Source: Candidatus Adlerbacteria bacterium (GTDB lineage Bacteria; Patescibacteriota; Minisyncoccia; Phycocordibacterales; SBAW01). From it: a stretch of DNA of 64,000 bases. The stretch lies in assembly GCA_003135635.1 (NCBI GenBank), contig PLCJ01000001.1, positions 8,836 to 72,835 of the forward strand, written 5' to 3'. The stretch's first letter is position 1. Each line of letters begins with the position of its first letter. The position numbers and the translations under genes were made by a program. Below the pieces are notes generated by a model. It was not told the DNA's origin. It did no database searches and was given only the letters and a program-made list of their open reading frames with translations. This document shows positions 20,474-28,073 of the stretch, piece by piece.

Positions 20474-20506
20474 GCCCGGTTGGAATCTCCAACCGGGCAT
20501 TTTTTT
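20474..20506 (+). terminator. intrinsic terminator
   Basis: gcccggttgga/tccaaccgggc 11-bp stem followed by a T run. Confidence 0.85.
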
Positions 20507-20549
20507 CTCACTAACAGTATTTGAGTTCATCAACATATACAGCACAATA

Positions 20550-20720
20550 AAATAGAAGAGGGTTCGCATTTCTGCGAACCCTCAAACGCTAGATTTAAGT
20601 CTAGCGAGACTTGTGGATCATCCTCCCTTCTTGGGAGAAGGGGGACGGTACGCGGCGTAGGTATGCTGATTTACGACGCCTAAACAAAGTCTCAAATGAG
20701 AGGTACCTCCTATAGGGGAC
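20550..20720 (-). ncRNA. candidate structured small RNA (alternatively a 25-codon sORF transcript)
   Basis: TTGCCA-17-TATTGT promoter, several hairpins, and an 11-bp terminator stem at 20558-20583. Confidence 0.4.
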
Positions 20721-20794
20721 AATATATGATAGGAAGGAAATTGGCAACGATTTTTTGTGAATAAAATTTTGTCGCTTACAAAATGTTCTCTTAC

Positions 20795-21409
20795 CTATTC
20801 TTTATCAGCAAATACCACTAGTCGATCGGAGTAACTTTTCTGAGCCTTATTCCAAACTCCCTGGCACGTGATGAGATTAAGGTGTGCTTTTCCATCGCTT
20901 GAATTAAACACACTTGAGGCATCCTCATTCTGGTCATATGTCCGAACTTCGCGTACCACGAAAGTAGTTATTGTTCCTGTTTCATCTTCAACGTATATTT
21001 TGTCTCCTTTCTGCAATTTATATAAATTATCAAATACCGCTGGTATGCCATTTTTCCAGCCGAAGTGCCCGACAATAACAGCACTACCATTTTCTCCGGG
21101 ACGTGGTCCGAGATCAAACCAGGCTGCGTTAACGGGACCTTCCGGTACCCCCACTGCTCCTTGAGGCGTAAGACCCACAGATTCGAGGGCGGCATCAACA
21201 TTAATCTTTGGAATTTCGAGATGCACTGGCAATCCAGAATTCACTTTTTCTTGTTCATACAGAGCAGAGGTGTTTGCGGCAAGTGCTATCGGGACGTTCT
21301 GAGTCGGGCTTCTTAAGAAAAAAAGGAAAACAAACACTAAAGAAAGCGCAACTCCTGCGAAGGTGATTATTACTAGTGTTCGCCTTAATAAGGTTTTCGA
21401 TATATTCAT
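20795..21409 (-). CDS. class F sortase
   Basis: N-terminal TM, PVHLEIPKI, GPRPGENGSAVIVGH (His), LNLITC (Cys), DRLVV (Arg). Confidence 0.92.
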   Translation of the reverse strand: MNISKTLLRRTLVIITFAGVALSLVFVFLFFLRSPTQNVPIALAANTSALYEQEKVNSGLPVHLEIPKINVDAALESVGLTPQGAVGVPEGPVNAAWFDLGPRPGENGSAVIVGHFGWKNGIPAVFDNLYKLQKGDKIYVEDETGTITTFVVREVRTYDQNEDASSVFNSSDGKAHLNLITCQGVWNKAQKSYSDRLVVFADKE

Positions 21410-21420
21410 ACACAACTCAG

Positions 21421-21478
21421 AAGAGCCAGACCAGCCTTGCTCCTTGGTCTGGCTCTTCTTGCTTACCGGCAGGCAAGG
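21421..21478. repeat. two adjacent palindromes between the IBP gene and the sortase gene
   Basis: aagagccagacca...tggtctggctctt hairpin and the imperfect palindrome cttgcttaccggcaggcaag. Confidence 0.55.
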
Positions 21479-21512
21479 CAAACAATTTTGTTAACTCTCT
21501 TCAAGACTTGGA

Positions 21513-23099
21513 CTACATTGTTAGTTCCTTTCGAGCTAGATAGAACGAGAACAGGGCAAGGAAAATTCCAGTCGGAATGATGATATTCCATGGAGTATTC
21601 CCTTCAGGAGGAAGTCCTGTATTGGGCAAACCAGGAGCAGTTACAGCGACAGTAGCGGGTGAGAAATCGATGGCGGTCAAACCATTGGCACTTCCCTCGG
21701 CCGTGCCGATGTTTGTTGTTGTTTGTGTAAGGTGCGTTTGGCAAGTGAAAGTCCATGTTTCATTACTATCAAGCAGACCATTGTGATTGAGGTCTCCCGG
21801 ATTTCCCAAGACGAGGCCTGGTAGACCGGTACATTTATTGTCAGTAACACTGACATTATTCAGTGGCACTATACCGGGGTTGGTTACCGTGTACGTGTAG
21901 GTAACTGCTCCACCGCCTGCAGGAAGAACAAACACGCTGGGCTTTTTTACTAGGTGGATTAACGGCGGCGTCAATGGCAGTCCAACAACGACAGTTGCGT
22001 TTGCGGTGTCGTACGTGTCCCAACCATTAGCCTGACCATGAGCAGTAGCTGTATTTGTCTGAGTTTGAGAAACTGTTTTAGTACAGTTGTATATCCATGT
22101 TTCAGTTACATCAAGCATTGAGTCATGGTTGGTATCGCCAGATACATATGTTACAGGACTACACATATTGTCCTTGACCCACACACCATGCATTGCAACT
22201 GTGCTTAGATTGGTCGCTGTGTATATGTAAGTAACAGATCCAGGTCCTGAAGGTAAAGCTAAAGGATTTGGTACTTTTATAATGTCAATAAGTGGTAATA
22301 CCGCAAAACTACCGCCACCAGCACCAGGTCCAGATGGTGGGGGAGGAGGAACCACACACGTCGCTTTGATAACGTGAGTATTATTTAATGTAACCGCAGC
22401 ATTTCTTGCCAGAAGTCTTCCGTTGACAGTTGAACCGCCGTTATCTGTGATCGATTGTAAGGCTAGTATATTTCCCTTGAAATCGGAGCCCGTTCCAAGT
22501 GTTGCAGAACTGGTGACTTGCCAAAAGACGTTGCAAGCCTGGGCACCGTTGATCAAGGTTACATGGCTTGCTGATGCTGTGGTTAGCGTGGAGCCCGCTT
22601 GAAAGATGAAGACTGCATTGGGATCGCCACCGGCATCGAGTGTAACCGTTCCGGTGATTGCAAACGAGCTGGGGTCATTGTAAACACCAGGTGTCAGCAC
22701 TGCCCCCCCGAGGTCATGGATCGGACCGTACGTTGTAGTCGGTGTTTGTCCTGCGGCGTTTGTGTAGGCCGCAGTCAGAGAAGTTTGGGCTGCACCCACT
22801 AAGACTGGGTTATTTCCCGCGGCACCTGCAGGACCAGTGGCGTCAACGGCATATATCGTGCCCGTTACTTCTCCTGTAGTTAACACCGGCGTAAGATAAA
22901 AGGTACCTGCGGCTGGACTCAATCCAACATCCCCGCTAATAACAGAGGGAGTAGTGTCCGTAATCGCCGAGCCGGCCAGAACTGCAAAACTATCCGCAGT
23001 GCCAAGACTTACCGTCGTCGCAGCTCTGACTAGCCCAGCCAGACCAAACGTAAACGCAACAGTCAGTACAACTACTGAAACCTTATTAAATATTTTCAT
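21513..23099 (-). CDS. ice-binding-like (DUF3494) surface protein with two Ig-like repeats and an LPNTG sorting signal
   Basis: LGTADSFAVLAGS, LTPGVY, VFIFQ, CNVFWQV, GRLLAR; tandem SVTYxYTxTN repeats; C-terminal LPNTG + TM + RK tail. Confidence 0.9.
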   Translation of the reverse strand: MKIFNKVSVVVLTVAFTFGLAGLVRAATTVSLGTADSFAVLAGSAITDTTPSVISGDVGLSPAAGTFYLTPVLTTGEVTGTIYAVDATGPAGAAGNNPVLVGAAQTSLTAAYTNAAGQTPTTTYGPIHDLGGAVLTPGVYNDPSSFAITGTVTLDAGGDPNAVFIFQAGSTLTTASASHVTLINGAQACNVFWQVTSSATLGTGSDFKGNILALQSITDNGGSTVNGRLLARNAAVTLNNTHVIKATCVVPPPPPSGPGAGGGSFAVLPLIDIIKVPNPLALPSGPGSVTYIYTATNLSTVAMHGVWVKDNMCSPVTYVSGDTNHDSMLDVTETWIYNCTKTVSQTQTNTATAHGQANGWDTYDTANATVVVGLPLTPPLIHLVKKPSVFVLPAGGGAVTYTYTVTNPGIVPLNNVSVTDNKCTGLPGLVLGNPGDLNHNGLLDSNETWTFTCQTHLTQTTTNIGTAEGSANGLTAIDFSPATVAVTAPGLPNTGLPPEGNTPWNIIIPTGIFLALFSFYLARKELTM

Positions 23100-23116
23100 A
23101 TATCTTATTTGTTAAT

Positions 23117-24295
23117 CTAATAATGTGCACTTATATAGCCTCTCGTTATTGGTCCGAAATTTCCCAGAGCTGGGCTAATCCCCACACTCGCTTGAAACTC
23201 AGCCAATGCTGCACGGGTCAGAGCGCCAAAATAAGCAGTCGCGCCAACGTTAGCCAAGGCTTGAGCAGCTGGACCTTTATTTTGGGAAATCAAAAACTGT
23301 TGAAGGATTGTTACATTGTTATTACTCTTGCCTTTTTGAAGATTGACCGCGATCGTTCGAATTTGTTGGCCAGAAGCGGAAGATGCAGTGGCAGTTGCAT
23401 TAGTAGTCGGAACTGTAGATTGCGTAACTGGATAGACATACACATATCCTCCTCCACTACCACCACTGGATGATGAACTAACTGGCACTGTGGAAGTGGG
23501 GGTTGTAGCGGGGGTTGGAGTTGGAGTCATAACCACAGTGGAAGGAATAGTGACAGAATTCGCATTTAATGTAACTGCACTTTGCGCCAACGCTCTACCA
23601 ATTAATTGTGCACCAGTGTTCAGCACAATCGCTGTTTGATCTAATATATTTCCATTAAAGACAGCGGTCGTACCGATGGTCGTTTGACCGGCAACAACCC
23701 AAAAAACATTACCAGCCTGGGCACCGCCAGCAAGAACTATGTTTGTAGCGGAGCTAATACTAAGATTTTGCGCTACCTGAAAAATCCAGACATCATTGGC
23801 ACCACCAGAGAGAGTGACATTTGTTGGTATTGTTACATTAGTACTCCATTTATAGAGCCCAGGAGCGATTGTCAGTCCGCCAATATTTCCCGCTCCAAGT
23901 TCAGTCGCGGTCGGATTTGTCCTTCCAGCGGCATCGACGTACGCGGCTTGCATATCATTGACCGCAGCAGTTACAGTAGCAGGAGTTGGGTTAGCATAAT
24001 CCGGGGCATATATATTTCCAGTTACTAAGGCTGATGTGGAAAATGCACTCGCTGCGGGAAGAATTAACGCAAATCCGGTTATATAACTCGCGGCTGCCGG
24101 ACTGAGTCCAAGATTTCCAACAATGGAGGTGGATCCGGTAGTTGAGATTCCTGTTTTTGCCAGAATCACAAAATTACCTGCCGTTCCAAGATTTACTGCT
24201 GCCGGGCCGGCCGCAAGCGCAGTAATTGGCCCAGCGAGAACAAGCACCGAGGCGGCGGTTAATATAACTACCGAAACCTTATCAAATATTTTCAT
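23117..24295 (-). CDS. ice-binding-like (DUF3494) surface protein with a C-terminal peptidoglycan-binding domain
   Basis: VNLGTAGNFVILAKTGIS, PGLYKW, VWIFQ, NVFWVVAG, GRALAQSAVTL; Pro/Thr/Ser linker; LQQFL...YFGALTRAALAEFQ...GNFGPITR. Confidence 0.9.
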   Translation of the reverse strand: MKIFDKVSVVILTAASVLVLAGPITALAAGPAAVNLGTAGNFVILAKTGISTTGSTSIVGNLGLSPAAASYITGFALILPAASAFSTSALVTGNIYAPDYANPTPATVTAAVNDMQAAYVDAAGRTNPTATELGAGNIGGLTIAPGLYKWSTNVTIPTNVTLSGGANDVWIFQVAQNLSISSATNIVLAGGAQAGNVFWVVAGQTTIGTTAVFNGNILDQTAIVLNTGAQLIGRALAQSAVTLNANSVTIPSTVVMTPTPTPATTPTSTVPVSSSSSGGSGGGYVYVYPVTQSTVPTTNATATASSASGQQIRTIAVNLQKGKSNNNVTILQQFLISQNKGPAAQALANVGATAYFGALTRAALAEFQASVGISPALGNFGPITRGYISAHY

Positions 24296-24439
24296 AATAT
24301 TATTTTTTTATAAGCGATTATTGGGAAATTATTAAATACACGTGGAGGTTACGGAATCTCGAAATTCCGAATGGTTGATAATGGTTTAATGGGTTGTTTG
24401 GACAATTGGGGGGCAAGAAGGGGGGTTAATGCCTTTCTT

Positions 24440-24488
24440 CTTATAGTCTACCCCCAATAAGCTTGCAATACCAACCCCTTGTGCATAA
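24440..24488 (-). promoter_or_regulatory. sigma70-type promoter of the IBP-sortase operon
   Basis: TTGCAA-17-TATAAG on the minus strand (24468-24440), with TTATGCACA at 24488-24480. Confidence 0.55.
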
Positions 24489-24569
24489 TTGGGAAAGAAT
24501 TGACTCTAGGCAAAGGGTAGCAGTACGGCGGATCCTTGCGAATTTGCTTTATAACATGGGGACTTTCGG

Positions 24570-24797
24570 GGCGCACTGCAGCCATACCTCTGATAAAAAA
24601 TACCCTGTGCGGTGGGGGTTGGTCTCGGAATAAGACGTATGAGGCAGTGTAAGAGTTTTGGGACGAGTTAGCGACTCAGGAAACTGAGGGGGAACGGTCG
24701 GGATTTCCATCGCACCTCGCCTACTCCGAGTGCCGCTCGGAGGCTCTCGACTCTTTTCAGGAAGAGGGTGCCGTTCAGAAATAAAGCGCGGCGACTC
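24570..24797. ncRNA. candidate structured RNA or REP-like element
   Basis: Multiple nested inverted repeats including ctcag-GAAA-ctgag and ctccgag/ctcggag. Confidence 0.35.
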
Positions 24798-25340
24798 TCA
24801 TTTAGGCTCCTGGCCGTATGCCTCATCTTGGACATTTGCGTCCGCGGCCACTTTGGTAACTTCGATAGTTCCGTCGATATGGTTTGGCGGAGCATAGACT
24901 GTATAGAGTTTGAGCGGGACGGTACCCGTGTTTATGAAATTATGCAGCGTTCCGGGCGTAACCACAACGACATCACCTGGGCCAATGGGGCTGATCTTTC
25001 CATTTAAGACCGCCTCTCCTGTGCCACTCACAAAGAACAGTGTCTGCTCGGTGTAGATATGTGTTTCCGCACCAATTTCCCCGCCGGGTGGAATGCTCTG
25101 GATGACAAGCTGGCTTCTGGTACCAGTAAAAAGAACTTTTCGAAAATCAGTATTTTGCTGTGTTTCTTGAACTATATTTCCCAGGTATGACATATTGGCT
25201 TTGCTATCTATTTGAGTGACACTGTAGACTACTCCGTCACCTTGTTTAGTTTGATAATAGAAATACATCCCGACCAAGGCGGCGATAAGAACTACTATGA
25301 CTACTACCAACGCTGAGTTACCTTGTTGTACTTTTTTCAT
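24798..25340 (-). CDS. cupin domain protein with an N-terminal membrane anchor
   Basis: GEIGAETH...EQTLFFVSGTG...GTLHNFIN...YAPPNH cupin motifs. Confidence 0.85.
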   Translation of the reverse strand: MKKVQQGNSALVVVIVVLIAALVGMYFYYQTKQGDGVVYSVTQIDSKANMSYLGNIVQETQQNTDFRKVLFTGTRSQLVIQSIPPGGEIGAETHIYTEQTLFFVSGTGEAVLNGKISPIGPGDVVVVTPGTLHNFINTGTVPLKLYTVYAPPNHIDGTIEVTKVAADANVQDEAYGQEPK

Positions 25341-25569
25341 TTATTACTTTCGCTCGTGATTATTTGAATAATAGAAATGAGAGATGAGGTTCAAGACCTT
25401 CGTTGCTTTGAGTGTACCATTCTTCGAACATTGCGGTTCGTGACAAATCCCCGCGCTTTTCCGTATCCGCTCCGTTTGATTTTGTCGCTACGCGACGAGA
25501 GTTATTATCTCTCTCCACACGTGCGTCGCGAAGCGGCGCGGCTCTATCTAAACGCGAAGTTTCTATATG

Positions 25570-25656
25570 CGGAGGCGGAAGGATTCGAACCTTCGGACCA
25601 GTTTCCCGGTCAGCAACTTAGCAGGTTGCTGCTTTCGACCGCTCAGCCACGCCTCC
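25570..25656 (-). tRNA. tRNA-Ser(GCT)
   Basis: GGAGGCG/CGCCTCC acceptor stem, gcaac-ctGCTaa-gttgc anticodon arm, long variable arm, TTCGAAT T-loop; CCA not encoded. Confidence 0.95.
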
Positions 25657-25783
25657 GTGTTTTATACCCTACACCAAATATACATGACCTGCATTATGTG
25701 TCTGACAGTTGTAGCACAAAAAATATTATTTTCCTGTTCCTTTTATATATGTAAGCATTGAGCGCAGATAAAGCGCACGTATA

Positions 25784-27949
25784 ATGGACACGATGCGTAT
25801 AGATGATAGCCTCTCTTCCCACTTCCGGCTTACCGATTCACAAAAAAGTGCCTGCGATACCTTAGGAATCAGAACGGTTCATGATCTTCTTTTTCACTTC
25901 CCTTCTCGTTATGAAGAAGGAGGAAATGAATCGACTATTAGTGGGCTTGCCTCTGGAATGGAAGCCTCCATTATCGGAGTGCTTGAAAAACTAGAAACGA
26001 AAAAATCTTGGAAACGAAAAATTCCGGTATCTGAAGGATATGTATGCGACCAGACCGGTCGCATCAAAGTAATGTGGTTTAACCAGCCCTACATCGCCAA
26101 GATGTATGCCGACGGAGTGCATGTGCGTGCAACCGGTAAGATAACCGGCTCAAGTGGCAAATTGTATTTAGCCAATCCTCATCTTGAGCGTATCTCTCCT
26201 ACTGAAAGCAGCTTATTTGAAAAAAAGACTGCCGACAAAAAAGAAGAGCGCGAACTTTTTGCGATCTATCCGGAAAGTCGTGGCATCACCTCGCTGTGGT
26301 TTCGGCATGCCATCCAAAAGGTGTTGACAAGTGAAATCATGGGCCCCCTGAAGGATCCGATTCCCGCAGATCTGCTCAAGCGCTACAACTTGCCGACGCT
26401 CAAAACCGCACTCGTGTGGGTGCATACGCCACAGCGGCTGAGGGATGCGGAGGCTGCGCGCAAGCGTTTTGCATTTCAGGAAGTATTTTTGATACAGCTT
26501 GAGCTTGGGCGCGAACGTCAAGCACAATTAAAAGAGCAAAGCTTCACCATTGATTCTCCTATAGAGGACATAGAAAGGTTTATGGGTGCGTTCCCTTTCA
26601 AAGCAACCCAAGCGCAAAAGCGAGCGATAAGTACCATCCTTGGTGATATGAAAAGCGGACTCCCGATGTCGCGCTTACTTGAAGGAGATGTGGGGAGTGG
26701 TAAGACCGCAGTTGCTGCAACAGTCGCATATTCGGTAGTGCATACACGCCCCCTAGGACAAAACTATGGAACCCTACAAGCCGCATACATGGCACCCACA
26801 GAGATTTTAGCAAAGCAACATTTTGAATCCTTCATAGCATACTTCAAACAGTTTCCCATCAATATCGGCCTTATCACCGGAAGCGGGTGTTATAAGTTTC
26901 CTTCTAAATTATCGCGAGAAAAAGCAACTCCCATCTCCCGTGCGCAGCTTTTAAAGTGGGTGGCAAATGGTGAGATACCGGTACTCATCGGCACGCACAC
27001 ACTTATTCAAAAATCAGTGCGGTGGAAACATTTGGCACTCGTTATCATCGATGAGCAGCATCGCTTTGGCACCAATCAGCGGCGTCTACTTACGCGCAAA
27101 GAAATACGTCTACCCCATTTACTCTCCATGACCGCAACACCAATCCCCCGAACGCTTGCGCTTACCATATACGGAGACCTAGACCTCACTTTGCTTGACG
27201 AGATGCCTCCGGGACGAAAACCTATTATCACCGAAATCATAAAGCCCGAAGACCGACTAAGAGCGTATGAAAAAATTCGCAAGGAACTACAGGCTGGTCG
27301 TCAAGCGTATATCATTTGTCCGCGCATCGATGAGCCAGATCCTGAAAAAGCATTTGCACTCATTGCAAAGTCAGTGAAAGCAGAGGCAAAACGATTGAAA
27401 AAAGATATATTCCCTGAGTACATCATAGGGATACTTCACGCAAAAATGAAAACCGCTGAAAAAGATGCCGTGATGCGTGCGTTTTCACTACATGAAACAG
27501 ATATCTTGGTTGCAACATCGGTCGTCGAGGTGGGTATCAATATACCAAACGCAACGGTCATCATGATTGAAGGTGCGGAGCGCTTCGGGCTTTCCCAGCT
27601 CCACCAGCTGCGTGGAAGAGTCGTTCGCAGTAACCACCAGGCCTATTGTTTTGTCTGTTCAGAGACCCGCGGGCAGGTGTCACTTACCCGACTCAAAAGT
27701 CTCATCACCGCCAAAAACGGCTTTGAACTTGCTGAACAAGATCTGATGCAGCGAGGACCCGGGGAGCTTTCTGGTCGCAAGCAGTGGGGCATTTCTGACA
27801 TTGGCATGGAAGCACTAAGAAATTTGAAATTGGTTGAAGCCGCCCGTAGTGAAGCTCTAGAGCTCATACAGCATGATGAGAAACTTGCTCACCATCCCCT
27901 CCTTTTGGAGGCACTCAAGCGGCGTCTGGGGGCGATGCATTTGGAATAA
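25784..27949 (+). CDS. recG: ATP-dependent DNA helicase RecG
   Basis: RLLEGDVGSGKT, DEQHRFG, MTATPIPRTL, QLHQLRGRV. Confidence 0.96.
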   Translation: MDTMRIDDSLSSHFRLTDSQKSACDTLGIRTVHDLLFHFPSRYEEGGNESTISGLASGMEASIIGVLEKLETKKSWKRKIPVSEGYVCDQTGRIKVMWFNQPYIAKMYADGVHVRATGKITGSSGKLYLANPHLERISPTESSLFEKKTADKKEERELFAIYPESRGITSLWFRHAIQKVLTSEIMGPLKDPIPADLLKRYNLPTLKTALVWVHTPQRLRDAEAARKRFAFQEVFLIQLELGRERQAQLKEQSFTIDSPIEDIERFMGAFPFKATQAQKRAISTILGDMKSGLPMSRLLEGDVGSGKTAVAATVAYSVVHTRPLGQNYGTLQAAYMAPTEILAKQHFESFIAYFKQFPINIGLITGSGCYKFPSKLSREKATPISRAQLLKWVANGEIPVLIGTHTLIQKSVRWKHLALVIIDEQHRFGTNQRRLLTRKEIRLPHLLSMTATPIPRTLALTIYGDLDLTLLDEMPPGRKPIITEIIKPEDRLRAYEKIRKELQAGRQAYIICPRIDEPDPEKAFALIAKSVKAEAKRLKKDIFPEYIIGILHAKMKTAEKDAVMRAFSLHETDILVATSVVEVGINIPNATVIMIEGAERFGLSQLHQLRGRVVRSNHQAYCFVCSETRGQVSLTRLKSLITAKNGFELAEQDLMQRGPGELSGRKQWGISDIGMEALRNLKLVEAARSEALELIQHDEKLAHHPLLLEALKRRLGAMHLE

Positions 27950-27972
27950 GAATACGATATAGTCGTGGCATT

Positions 27973-28044
27973 GCGCGAGTAGCTCAATGGTAGAGCATCC
28001 GTCTTATACACGGACGGCTCCTGGTTCGAGTCCAGGCTCGCGCA
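27973..28044 (+). tRNA. tRNA-Ile(TAT)
   Basis: GCGCGAG/CTCGCGC acceptor stem with A73; tccgt-ctTATac-acgga anticodon arm; GGTTCGAGTCC T-arm. Confidence 0.9.
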
Positions 28045-28073
28045 CCGGAGGTTTAGCAGTATACTAATGTCGT

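Noticed and set aside
24660-24797. RNase P RNA or hammerhead ribozyme
   Set aside because: It lacks the GAGGAAAGUCC and CUGANGA cores and is too short for RNase P.
20460-25660. tRNA-Ser-integrated genomic island or prophage
   Set aside because: No integrase and no duplicated tRNA 3' end (att site) were found by eye, so island status is unsupported.
25377-25754. 125-aa ORF spanning tRNA-Ser
   Set aside because: It reads through the antisense of the tRNA (AEAEGFEP is the typical tRNA-translation artefact).
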